Shown one piece after another: positions 8,937 through 19,660 of a stretch of 64,000 nucleotides of DNA; positions within the stretch are counted from its first letter, which is position 1; each line of letters begins with the position of its first letter. A program made the position numbers and the translations under genes. Where the stretch lies: contig JANOQI010000011.1 in assembly GCA_031414775.1 (NCBI GenBank), positions 30,188 through 94,187 of the forward strand. The letters run 5' to 3'. A model generated the notes under the pieces. It saw nothing but the letters and a program-made list of their open reading frames with translations, did no database searches and was not told where the DNA came from. This DNA comes from Synechococcales cyanobacterium VAR_4_metabat_354. Lineage in GTDB: Bacteria > Cyanobacteriota > Cyanobacteriia > Cyanobacteriales > Chamaesiphonaceae.

Positions 8937-11794
8937 CTTCGGGAAATATAGCGGAAAATGTTGATGAGCTTAACCAGCGCGCACTAAGCACCCTGTCACG
9001 ATCCATTACAGTTTCTCAGGGGAGGTTCGCCTTAACATTAGTTCGCTGTAACTACACTACACTACAACATCGTTTAGCGCATAGCTTAAAAGCTATATGC
9101 CCAATTCAAATTCAAGAATTCATCCTGCCGCCTCATCCAGAAAATTTGTGGCAACCGATTCTGAATGCTACTACTCACCAGCGGCAAACGGCTTTAATGG
9201 TTTTTGGCATCGCCGATGTCTGCAACCTCCCAACGCTGCTGCGTAATTTAGAAATAGAAAGAGTCAGCCTGAGCAGTCATTGTCAGCTACCGATTGTGCT
9301 ATGGCTAAATGAAGAAACACTGAGTTATCTCGTCAAGCTAGCTCCGTATTTTTATGCCAGTACGGTTACAGCTATTACATTACTGCCTAGTCTCACTGAG
9401 CTAAATATCCTATGGCGGGAAATTTCTGACCAGTTATTTGGGAAAATATTGACAACGGGGCTAGATCATTTTCACCCAAACGAACAATTGGGTTATGGCC
9501 TGCCCACCAAATTCCGTCAAGAACTAAAAGCAGCCACCAAAGACTTAAAAAGTAAAGGAGCGGTACCATTAGCGCTTACGGCTACTTGGCACTTAATTTT
9601 GGGTCGTGATGATCATACCCAAGGCAAGCTGGGTGAAGCTTTAGTGCATTATCAAAAAAGCTTGCAGATTTGGGAGCAGCTGCAAAACCAAGCTGTCACC
9701 GGCGAACTGGTGGCATTTACTCACAATGCTCTCCAAACCCGCTGGGCAATACTTAAGTTACACATGGGTTGGTGTTATCAACAGCAAGCAATAGGTGCCG
9801 CGACCCACGGGCAATTGGCTAGAGATGCATTTTTGTCCGTTGTTAGAGTTTTTGAGCAGCAGCAGCGGTGGGATACGGTGCGGCAAGTACTCACCCTGAG
9901 CGGCGATACCCTACGCGCCATGGGCAATTGGCTAGAGTTAGAAAATATTGCTAATAGTGTCTTGGCCGAAAAGGAACTTCAGCGTCAACCGCTAAACATA
10001 GCTCAAGCACATGGCTTTTTAGCAGAAGTAGCGCTACACAACAGTGATTTCAAACGCGCTGCTGACCAGGCTCACTATGCTTTGAGCCTGACCCAGCAAT
10101 ATCAATTAGATAGTCAGCTCGGCAATGTCAATTTAGCACGGTATTTACTACTGGTAGCTAAGATTGAGGCCCGCTCTGGAGAATTCTTGATTGCCTTGAA
10201 TCATTTGGAAAGAGCACAGGTAGAAGTGCCAAATGATTCTCAACTTTACCTGGATATCATTCAGGAGCTACGCCTACTCTACTACCACCAAGGTCAGTTC
10301 TGGGAATCTTTTCAAGCGAAGCAACAGCATCAGTTTTTTCGGCATCAACAAGGTTTAACGGCTTTTGTGGGGACAGCCGCCTCTCTCGATCAACCCTTGG
10401 CCATCGGACGAGAGCAAGATGTGCAGGAGCTAGTCGATCGACTGAGTAATGAAAACCAAAAACTAGTAGTCTTACATGGCGAAAGTGGGATGGGGAAAAG
10501 TTCGCTGTTACATGGTGGTGTAATACCGGCTTTGCATGGTCAAATAGTGGCTGATCGACAGGTCGTAGTTGCCGCGCTGAAAACCTATCAAGATTGGACA
10601 ACACAACTGTCCGAAAGTTTATCAGATGCAGTGGGGCATTCCGCTAGGCCAGGAGCTGCGACTCTAGGGCAAATTCAACAGCAACTTCATATCAATATCA
10701 ACAATCAGTTACTGACAGTGCTGGTTTTTGACCAATTCGAGGAATTCTTTGTAGTATCGTCACCAGCCACCCAACGCCAGGAATTCTATCAGTTCTTCCA
10801 GGCTTGTCTGGTTCTACCGCACGTCAAAATTCTATTGGCAATCCGTCAAGCTAGTTTGCATCATTTGCTGGAGCTAGAGCGCTGTATCGATTTAAGTCTG
10901 ATTGGTAAAAGTCTCCTCGATCGACAGATTCGCTATCAGCTCCGCAACTTTAGCATTAGTCAAGCCCAGACAGTGATTAGTAGCTTAACGAACAATTGCC
11001 ACTACTATATTGAGCCAGCGCTAGTCGATCAGCTAGTTAGCGATCTGGCAGATGAATATGCTGAAATACCGCCAGCCCAGATTCAGGTAATTGGGGCACA
11101 ACTCCAAGCCGAAAATGTTAAAACTTTAGGTCAATATTTTCAGCTCAGCCAAAAACCCCAGCAATATTTAATTGAACGGGCTTTAGAAGAAGCTAAACGC
11201 GATTGTGGCCAGGAAAACTTAGAAGCTGTGATAACTGCACTTTTTTTGTTGACTGATAGCCGAGGAAATCGACCACAACGCACTTTTTCCCAGTTGCTGC
11301 CAGCAACAGCAACGACTGGAGGTAAGCATAGCGAAAAACTGCACCGGAGCAGTAACGTCTCGACATTATCCTCTCCACATAACTACTATGCCCAACTTTT
11401 ACTATTGCTAAATATTTTGGTGGGATCAGGTTTGATTGCTTGCACCAAGTCTGAACCAGAACATCTCTATCAATTAGTCCATGATGATTTGGTGGAAATT
11501 ATCCGATCGACATATCTAGCTCAACAGCAAGATCCTGCTCCCAGTAGAAGATCTAGGGTTAAATCGCCCAATAAGTCAATGATTAGGAAGTCTCAAGTTT
11601 ACAGCAAAAAAGCTTGGTTGCAATGGATACAGCCGATCGGGACTGTTATGCACCAGCTAGTTGAGAAAGTTCTCCGACATCTAGTTTGGGGAAATATAAG
11701 CACCTCAGCTATTTTGGTGATCGATCGATCGAACATGACTATAACTAAGTCAGTAAAGTCGCTGATGGCTTGCCTCATCAGAAATAAATCTTAA
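8933..11794 (+). CDS. STAND-class (nSTAND1-like) ATPase with an N-terminal TPR-like region and no WD40 tail
   Basis: GREQDV, Walker A GESGMGKSS, Walker B VFDQFEEFF, and YQLVHDDL winged-helix end. Confidence 0.78.
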   Translation: MTSGNIAENVDELNQRALSTLSRSITVSQGRFALTLVRCNYTTLQHRLAHSLKAICPIQIQEFILPPHPENLWQPILNATTHQRQTALMVFGIADVCNLPTLLRNLEIERVSLSSHCQLPIVLWLNEETLSYLVKLAPYFYASTVTAITLLPSLTELNILWREISDQLFGKILTTGLDHFHPNEQLGYGLPTKFRQELKAATKDLKSKGAVPLALTATWHLILGRDDHTQGKLGEALVHYQKSLQIWEQLQNQAVTGELVAFTHNALQTRWAILKLHMGWCYQQQAIGAATHGQLARDAFLSVVRVFEQQQRWDTVRQVLTLSGDTLRAMGNWLELENIANSVLAEKELQRQPLNIAQAHGFLAEVALHNSDFKRAADQAHYALSLTQQYQLDSQLGNVNLARYLLLVAKIEARSGEFLIALNHLERAQVEVPNDSQLYLDIIQELRLLYYHQGQFWESFQAKQQHQFFRHQQGLTAFVGTAASLDQPLAIGREQDVQELVDRLSNENQKLVVLHGESGMGKSSLLHGGVIPALHGQIVADRQVVVAALKTYQDWTTQLSESLSDAVGHSARPGAATLGQIQQQLHININNQLLTVLVFDQFEEFFVVSSPATQRQEFYQFFQACLVLPHVKILLAIRQASLHHLLELERCIDLSLIGKSLLDRQIRYQLRNFSISQAQTVISSLTNNCHYYIEPALVDQLVSDLADEYAEIPPAQIQVIGAQLQAENVKTLGQYFQLSQKPQQYLIERALEEAKRDCGQENLEAVITALFLLTDSRGNRPQRTFSQLLPATATTGGKHSEKLHRSSNVSTLSSPHNYYAQLLLLLNILVGSGLIACTKSEPEHLYQLVHDDLVEIIRSTYLAQQQDPAPSRRSRVKSPNKSMIRKSQVYSKKAWLQWIQPIGTVMHQLVEKVLRHLVWGNISTSAILVIDRSNMTITKSVKSLMACLIRNKS

Positions 11795-11803
11795 AAAAAG
11801 ATA

Positions 11804-12280
11804 TTAGGCGTTGCTGATTATTGAATAATTGTTGTTGGTTAGTTCGATCGCCAATATTTGTCCTTGATATTTTTGGACAAACTCAGTGATGGCCAAACTA
11901 CCGGGAGCCCAAGCACTAGACAGAGCATCAATGCGGTTTTTGCGAAAAGCGGCACCGACTTGTTCGGGATTGGTGCCAACAAATTGCAGGTCGGCCAGGG
12001 TCAGACCATAGTGGTTGGCTACTTCTGAAAAGGAGTGGAACTGGCCGCTGGTGGGGCTAATCTAACTTGTTTGCCTTTAAGATCTACAAAATTATGGATC
12101 TCAGAATTTTTCTTGACTATCAGTAGAAATAAATCGCGATAGAGAACGGCGATCGATCGAGCTAAGGAACCGCTGGGGACATCAGCTTGAGCAGTAGCTA
12201 GTTGCACTTTGGCTGCTGCTAGCAGGTCAATGTTTTCGACGGTGCCACCAGTAGGAATCACGTTGATGCGAGCTTTAATT
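11804..12280 (-). pseudogene. frameshifted, truncated TAXI-family TRAP transporter solute-binding protein
   Basis: First frame reads INVIPTGGTVENIDLL...ATAQAD...DLKGKQV. After a frameshift near 12050-12056 a second frame continues SGQFHSFSEVANHYGLTLADLQF...RIDAL...GQILAIE. Both the N- and C-terminal parts are missing. Confidence 0.75.
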
Positions 12281-12470
12281 CCAAGAGAAAGGTCGATGCC
12301 GATACATCCCGATCTTTAGCAATGAATTTTTTTAGCTTGCGGATCATTCACTCCTACTGTCGATCGAAACAGCCCTAACCAGTTAAAGTCAGAGCCGTCT
12401 CAATTTAAATATTTCTCAAAATCGTCAAACACTGTAAGGAAAGCGTTGCAAATTCTAACTTTTAGTCAAA

Positions 12471-12544
12471 TCGGGATGAAAGGATTCGAACCTTCGACCT
12501 CTGCTTCCCGAAAGCAGCGCGCTACCAAGCTGCGCTACATCCCG
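12471..12544 (-). tRNA. trnP: tRNA-Pro (anticodon CGG)
   Basis: CGGGATGTAGCGCAGCTTGGTAGCGCG-CTGCT-TTCGGGA-AGCAG-AGGTCGAAGGTTCGAATCCTTTCATCCCGA, 74 nt cloverleaf; CCA not encoded. Confidence 0.97.
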
Positions 12545-12768
12545 TTAGCCTGCTAGTATACATCAAAACCAAAAAGAGCAAAACCTTGACATTTAATAAT
12601 CTAAAAAAGAATGAAGCATTAGCGAGGTCTCTTCTCTCCACAACATCCCAGTTTGAGCGATGCTTGTTAAACTGTTATTAGTACTGAATTTCTCTCCAGC
12701 TGAAACTCTCAGATCAAGAATCAAGCCACGTTTGAAGTACTACTTTACCATTTTGATTTTAAGTGTAG

Positions 12769-13263
12769 ATGGACAGACGAACGCTACTATCAGCAGCAGT
12801 CCTTTTTGGCAGTTCTGTCAGTGGACTTTATTTTTTATCCAGGAAACCATCACCCATGACAACTTCGCCCAACGAATTTGAAATTAACAAAGCTGAAAGC
12901 GAGTGGCGCGAGCTATTGACCCCCGAGCAATTTAACGTCTTGCGGAAGCATGGCACCGAAAGAGCTGGTACTAGTACCCTCGATAAGCAATATGGTAAAG
13001 GCACCTTTGCCTGTGCTGGTTGCGACTTACCCCTATTTGTTTCGGATACCAAGTTTAATAGCGGTACTGGCTGGCCTAGTTTTTACGATCCCATTCCCAA
13101 TGCAATCGCTATTTCAGTCGATCGAACATTGTTAATGAAGCGGACAGAAGTGCATTGTCGCCGCTGCGGCGGACATTTAGGACATGTTTTTGAAGATGGC
13201 CCCAAACCAACGGGGTTGCGATATTGCATGAATGGCATATCAATGAAATTCATCCCCGCCTAA
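12769..13263 (+). CDS. msrB: peptide-methionine (R)-S-oxide reductase
   Basis: GTER, CAGC, SGTGWPSF, CRRCGGHLGHVF and RYCMN motifs. Confidence 0.95.
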   Translation: MDRRTLLSAAVLFGSSVSGLYFLSRKPSPMTTSPNEFEINKAESEWRELLTPEQFNVLRKHGTERAGTSTLDKQYGKGTFACAGCDLPLFVSDTKFNSGTGWPSFYDPIPNAIAISVDRTLLMKRTEVHCRRCGGHLGHVFEDGPKPTGLRYCMNGISMKFIPA

Positions 13264-13421
13264 TCAATCACAGTCCCAGAAATTGGCTTGATTAACCAAT
13301 GGCATTTTCTGGGGAATAGGCAAGCTGCGAACAATTGTTAATATATTTTTCGCATCCGATTCCGAAAACAGTAAAATTTGTAAGCCTGGCTGCTCACCAC
13401 CTTTAAAATTTTCAACTTTAA

Positions 13422-14420
<999 letters not shown>

Positions 14421-14461
14421 GTAACTAGGCACAATTAAACCTCATCATTTTTTAATATCCT

Positions 14462-15547
14462 ATGCCGCCCCCATCATTAAAACTATTGCTCATGTCCACT
14501 TCGGTAGGACCAATAGGTTCAGGTTTGGGCGGTGGGGTGGAATTAACCCTGCATAACCTGGCGATCGAGATGCGCCGTCGTGGGCATCAAATTCAAATTG
14601 TGGCTCCCGCCGGTTCGGTACTGGCCGATTTTTCGATCGCCCAAATTCCTGGTGCCCTGCAAACTACTGCCCAAAGCCAAGCAGTCACTGATCCGATCGA
14701 GATGCCCGCCGATGCCGTACTAGCGAATATGTGGGACTATGCACGGCAGGTACAACAAGACTACGATTTAATTTTTAATATCGCCTATGATTGGCTACCT
14801 TTTTATCTGACCCCCTGGTTTCAGAAGCCGATCGCTCACTTTATTAGCATGGGTTCTTTAATCACCGCCCTGGATCTGGTGATGGAAACAGTAGCTATAA
14901 ATTTTCCTGGATCGATCGGAGTCTGTAGCAAAACTCAAGCCGCCACTTTTAAATTTGGTAATCATTGTCGAATTCTCGGAGGCGCAGGACTAGATCTCAG
15001 CCTTTATCAATATCAACCGCAACCAGAATCGTGCTTAGCTTTCTTAGGACGCATTGCTCCTGAAAAAGGACTAGAAGATGCCGTCGCCGCTGCTCAGGCG
15101 ACCGGGCTAAAACTTAAAATTATGGGCAAGATTCAAGATCTTGACTACTGGCAAAAGGTTCAAGCTAATTATCCCCAAGCCAACCTAGAATATTTGGGAT
15201 TTTTAGATACGGCCATGATGCAAGCCGAGGTCGGTAAATGTCAGGCGTTAATTATGACTCCGCGCTGGATTGAAGCTTTTGGCAATGTGGCGATCGAAGC
15301 TTTAGCCTGTGGCGTACCAGTGATTACTTATGCTCGCGGTGGACCCACCGAAATTGTCCGGGATAGTGAAACCGGTTTTTTGGTAGAGCCAGACAGTATC
15401 GATGGATTAATTACAGCGATTAAAAGATTAGGGGAAATTGATAGGTTAGCTTGCCGCCGACAAGCCGAACAAGAATATTCGGCGCAAGCCTGGGGCAACC
15501 AACTGGAAGAATGGTTCACCGTAATGCATCGCTTGGCAACAAGCTAA
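14462..15547 (+). CDS. glycosyltransferase family 4
   Basis: GGGVE, GRIAPEKG and EAFGNVAIEALACGVP motifs. Confidence 0.9.
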   Translation: MPPPSLKLLLMSTSVGPIGSGLGGGVELTLHNLAIEMRRRGHQIQIVAPAGSVLADFSIAQIPGALQTTAQSQAVTDPIEMPADAVLANMWDYARQVQQDYDLIFNIAYDWLPFYLTPWFQKPIAHFISMGSLITALDLVMETVAINFPGSIGVCSKTQAATFKFGNHCRILGGAGLDLSLYQYQPQPESCLAFLGRIAPEKGLEDAVAAAQATGLKLKIMGKIQDLDYWQKVQANYPQANLEYLGFLDTAMMQAEVGKCQALIMTPRWIEAFGNVAIEALACGVPVITYARGGPTEIVRDSETGFLVEPDSIDGLITAIKRLGEIDRLACRRQAEQEYSAQAWGNQLEEWFTVMHRLATS

Positions 15548-15557
15548 TACTGTCAAC

Positions 15558-17201
15558 TTACAATTCGGTCTTATCAATTAATTCCACTAATTTATGCTGT
15601 AAATTTTCCTTGGCTACTTTACTCCGCTGATCGCGCATTGCCTGGGAATCCTTCTGCTCTTGCAACTGTTTTATTAGTGCAGATTGGGTCATCACTAGGC
15701 TAATCTGCTGTGCAACTTGAGATAACAGGTCAATCTCAAATTTTTCCCACTCCCGAGCCGCACGACTCATATGACCAATTAACAAACCATGAAGAGTGTT
15801 TTCGATAATTACTGGCGCTACGATATTGGCGCGAATCTCTAACCGTTCCATCATCTTCAGATGGCACTCCGTCAAATCAGCAGTATAAGCATCGCTGATT
15901 GAGGAGACTCTTCCGGCCTCATAACCATTTCTCCGGTCATTTTCCAAGCAGGTATCCATAATCTCTTCGCCACTAATTGCTTTGATTGTTGGATCAACCG
16001 ATTCAACCACAATCTCACCGACAGATTCAGCATCCATCTGGAAAAAAAGTACCCGGTCAAGATGTAAGACTTCACGGATTTCGTCCATTAACTTCAGCAT
16101 AAAGTCATGGGGACTAGTGGAATGAGGCAGCTGAGTACTGATCTGAGATAGGATCTGCAAATGCAGAGCAGTCTCCTGTAGGACAGTTTTGTCACCGACT
16201 TGCGTCTGGCTCGAAAACTGTTCGGTTAAGGCATTCTTCTCGCTAACTTCCACTTGATTTAAAACTAGTCCTAAAAAATTAGCGATGTCGGCACAAATGT
16301 CTATCTCCCACTTTTGCCAGTGACGCGTCATAGAACACTGTTGAATAAACAGCAAACCCACCAACTGGTCGCCAACCATAATGGGTGCCGCAATATTAGA
16401 CTTGATTTGAGCTTGCTGATAAAGTGCTAGCTGTTCTCGCTGGAAACCGCTGGTATTGAAATCATGGACTACCAAGATCAGACCATCTCGATATCGATCG
16501 ACCTCCACCATCGATTTAGTAAAGAAGATTTCTGTCACTTGTTCAGCAACTAACGGTGAAAAATTTGGAGAAGTTTCTTGCACTAAGATCTTTCCACTCA
16601 AATTGATAGCCAATTTATAGACAAATACTCGATCAGCTCCCAAGATTTTTTTGACCGCTTGCACTGCTTGCCGATAAATCAGTTGGGGATCAGTACTGCG
16701 CTGCGACAGCGCCAACAAATCTCTAAATAAAGAAGATTGAGCATCGACAGCTTGCTGTTGTATCAAAGACTTCCGAAAATTATCAATCAGCTGGTGAGAG
16801 CTTTTGGTCAAGCGCTCTACCTCTTGCGCATGAGTGGGTAGAGTAGTATCTGAAGACATAAATTGTCCAAAGCTACCGCCATTGGCCTGGGTAATTTCTT
16901 GATTAAGATGATATAAATCTGTCGATAACCGTCGCACCATCAAAATTGCTAGCGTACAGCTCACTGTTCCGATCGCTAAAAACATAACGGTAAACAATAT
17001 CGTCTGATTGCTGTTATCCGTCGATATTATTTGGCTGTTGAGCAAAGGTCTACGCCCCCGAGCACTCTGGTCATTTGCTACCGTAACACCTAACATTAAT
17101 AATGCAATTACCCAAGTCAGAATAATCCAAAAAATTTGTTGGTTCAAACTATTGGATTTGACCAACTTTAATTTACGAGGGTTAGAGACATTATTATTCA
17201 T
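15558..17201 (-). CDS. membrane-anchored two-GAF protein (PixJ-like sensor region, probable cyanobacteriochrome) with no output domain
   Basis: Two N-terminal TM segments and two GAFs (DRVFVY..., DRVLFF...); GAF2 has DTCL and TECH cysteine motifs; ends in a short coiled coil. Confidence 0.8.
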   Translation of the reverse strand: MNNNVSNPRKLKLVKSNSLNQQIFWIILTWVIALLMLGVTVANDQSARGRRPLLNSQIISTDNSNQTILFTVMFLAIGTVSCTLAILMVRRLSTDLYHLNQEITQANGGSFGQFMSSDTTLPTHAQEVERLTKSSHQLIDNFRKSLIQQQAVDAQSSLFRDLLALSQRSTDPQLIYRQAVQAVKKILGADRVFVYKLAINLSGKILVQETSPNFSPLVAEQVTEIFFTKSMVEVDRYRDGLILVVHDFNTSGFQREQLALYQQAQIKSNIAAPIMVGDQLVGLLFIQQCSMTRHWQKWEIDICADIANFLGLVLNQVEVSEKNALTEQFSSQTQVGDKTVLQETALHLQILSQISTQLPHSTSPHDFMLKLMDEIREVLHLDRVLFFQMDAESVGEIVVESVDPTIKAISGEEIMDTCLENDRRNGYEAGRVSSISDAYTADLTECHLKMMERLEIRANIVAPVIIENTLHGLLIGHMSRAAREWEKFEIDLLSQVAQQISLVMTQSALIKQLQEQKDSQAMRDQRSKVAKENLQHKLVELIDKTEL

Positions 17202-17250
17202 AGCAAGATTTCATATTTTCTGTGCGTTGTAGTCGATTATCGATTAGTAT

Positions 17251-17946
17251 TTAAACCACATTGGCGAAAGAAGTAAGATCGTTAACCTGCCAGTTCGCAA
17301 TAGTGGCATTTCGGAAATTAGCCTGGTGAAAGTTACTACCTAAAGCTTGTAAGTTAACTAGTTTAGCACCGGTAAAGTTGGCGCTGTTACAATTAGCTTC
17401 GCTCAAGTTTGCATTACATAGATCAGTACCAATTAGCTGGGTTCGAGTTAAGTTCGCACCCGACAGATTAGCATTAGTTAAATCTGCTCTATTGAGCAAG
17501 GTTGCCGTCAAGTTAGCGGCGCGTAATTCCACCCCCAGCATAAATGCATCCTCCAAATTAGCCCGACTGAGATTCACCTCGGCCAGATTAGCCAGAGTGA
17601 GGTCGGCTTTGGCCAAATTTGCTCCAATAAGGTTAGCTGTTGTCAAGTTAACCCCACTGAGGTTAGCCTCACTCAAGTTAGCACCACGCAGATCAACAGC
17701 TCGGAGATCAGCTCCTTCCAAATTTGTACCACTCAAATTAGCAGCCCGCAAATCAGCTCCGTTTAAAATCACCGCAGTCATCTCACAGTGGCTCAAATCG
17801 ACTTTACGAAACCAGAAAGCTTGTAGATTGGACATCATTAAAACAGAACCGCTCAAGTCTGGATTAATCAGTGAGTTTATATTCCGCCAATTATTCCAAG
17901 CATCTGCGCCTTTCTTGAATTGAGCCAGATGCTCCGGATTAGCCAT
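17251..17946 (-). CDS. pentapeptide repeat protein
   Basis: MANPEHL...WNNWR start followed by tandem A(D/N)Lxx repeats. Confidence 0.95.
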   Translation of the reverse strand: MANPEHLAQFKKGADAWNNWRNINSLINPDLSGSVLMMSNLQAFWFRKVDLSHCEMTAVILNGADLRAANLSGTNLEGADLRAVDLRGANLSEANLSGVNLTTANLIGANLAKADLTLANLAEVNLSRANLEDAFMLGVELRAANLTATLLNRADLTNANLSGANLTRTQLIGTDLCNANLSEANCNSANFTGAKLVNLQALGSNFHQANFRNATIANWQVNDLTSFANVV

Positions 17947-18262
17947 TTCAATTCAACCCTCAATCACCAGAATTCTTTAACATCATCTAAATATCCACTG
18001 ATTCTATCTGTTTTTTTGCTTTTTGCAATTCCTATTGCTATCACAATCAGCAGAATTGCCCAAAATGAAGCCGGACAATTTTATCATTATTAATAGCCCG
18101 AAATTTGAATTACTGACTATTAATTTAAGCTTAAATGATACTAACCCAAAATCGTAGTTCAGTAACAGGAATATGCGATAATTTGGTGGCCTATTCATAG
18201 ATTATGTAGAACGTCAATTATCTGCGACATGGCAATCTGCGTGCGAGACAAGGAGAAGTATC

Positions 18263-19546
18263 ATGGTTAAAATAGGCATTCTAGGATTAGGAACGGTAGG
18301 TACTGGTACTGTCCAGATTTTGAACGACCCTAAGGGTCGGCATCATCTCCTGCAAGAGATCGAAATTGCCAAGGTAGGTGTGAATAGTGTTGAAAAGCTC
18401 CGATCGGTTAGTTTTTCTTCCGGTGTTTTAACCACCGACCTAAATTCGATCGTCATCGACCCTGAAATCTCGATCATAGTGGAAGTAATCGGGGGTTTAG
18501 AACCAGCTCGTAGCTTAATACTGAAAGCGATCGCTCATGGCAAGCATGTCGTCACTGCCAACAAGGCAGTGATTTCCCGGTTTGGAGATGAAATTTTCAC
18601 AGCGGCCAATAAAGCTGGGGTTTATGTTTTACTGGAAGCGGCAGTAGGTGGTGGTATTCCGATCATTCAGCCTCTTAAGCAGTCTTTGGGAGTGAATCGC
18701 ATCAGTAAAGTTACTGGTATTATCAACGGCACCACTAACTACATTTTGACCAGAATGACTACAGAGGGCGGTGAGTTTGAAGATATTTTAGCTGATGCCC
18801 AACAACTAGGCTATGCCGAGGCCGACCCAACAGCAGATGTTGATGGTTTGGATGCTGGTGATAAAATCGCCATCCTAGCAGCCTTGGCCTTTGGTGATCG
18901 AATTAAACGCGAGGATGTCTACTGTGAAGGTATTCGCAAAGTTGGAGCGACCGATATTGCCTATGCCGATCGACTGGGCTATGTAATTAAACTGTTGGCA
19001 ATCGCTGAAAAATCTGCTGATAACTTAGTATCAGTGCGCGTTCACCCCACTTTGCTAGTTAAGTCCCATCCATTAGCTAGTGTCAATGGAGTCTACAACG
19101 CCATTTTAGTAGCAGGTGAGCCCCTCGGGCAGGTCATGCTTTTTGGTCCGGGTGCTGGGGCGGGCGCAACCGCTTCTGCCATAGTATCAGACCTAGTTAC
19201 CATAGTAGCGGCTCGCCAATGTCAAAATGCCGCCGTTAATCCGCTCTTGAGCTGTCCGCATCAGCACTACGCGCAAATGGCTTCCTTAGAAAATATGGCT
19301 GGTCGTTTCTACGTGCGCTTCCAAACTCAAGATCTACCTGGTACTATCGGCCATATCGGCACTGCTTTTGGAAACCACCAAGTTAGCATTGAATCGATCG
19401 TCCAAACTTCGGTGAGCGCCGCTGGAGCCGAAATCGTGGTGGTCACAGGCGAAGTGGCTGAATCTAATTTCAGGCAGGCATTGCAGTCGATCAACCAACT
19501 ACCAGCAATTCAGAGTATTCCGGCTATTTTAAATGTGGTGCAATAA
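18263..19546 (+). CDS. hom: homoserine dehydrogenase (with ACT domain)
   Basis: GLGTVG, VVTANK, EAAVGGGIP, NGTTNYIL and GYAEADP motifs. Confidence 0.96.
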   Translation: MVKIGILGLGTVGTGTVQILNDPKGRHHLLQEIEIAKVGVNSVEKLRSVSFSSGVLTTDLNSIVIDPEISIIVEVIGGLEPARSLILKAIAHGKHVVTANKAVISRFGDEIFTAANKAGVYVLLEAAVGGGIPIIQPLKQSLGVNRISKVTGIINGTTNYILTRMTTEGGEFEDILADAQQLGYAEADPTADVDGLDAGDKIAILAALAFGDRIKREDVYCEGIRKVGATDIAYADRLGYVIKLLAIAEKSADNLVSVRVHPTLLVKSHPLASVNGVYNAILVAGEPLGQVMLFGPGAGAGATASAIVSDLVTIVAARQCQNAAVNPLLSCPHQHYAQMASLENMAGRFYVRFQTQDLPGTIGHIGTAFGNHQVSIESIVQTSVSAAGAEIVVVTGEVAESNFRQALQSINQLPAIQSIPAILNVVQ

Positions 19547-19660
19547 CACAAAGAACCTAGCACAGTCACTACTAATAAGGTGTTATATCCGAACTCGTAT
19601 CCAAAAAATCCTGTGTTAGAATTTACACATCAGGCTAGCAGCAGGTGATGGAGACAAACC

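Noticed and set aside
17378..17923. 181-aa plus-strand ORF
   Set aside because: Antisense shadow of the pentapeptide repeat gene; the repeat codons keep the opposite frame open.
18004..18198. 64-aa minus-strand ORF in the pentapeptide/hom intergenic region
   Set aside because: AT-rich promoter region with no recognisable motif or ribosome-binding site; probably spurious.
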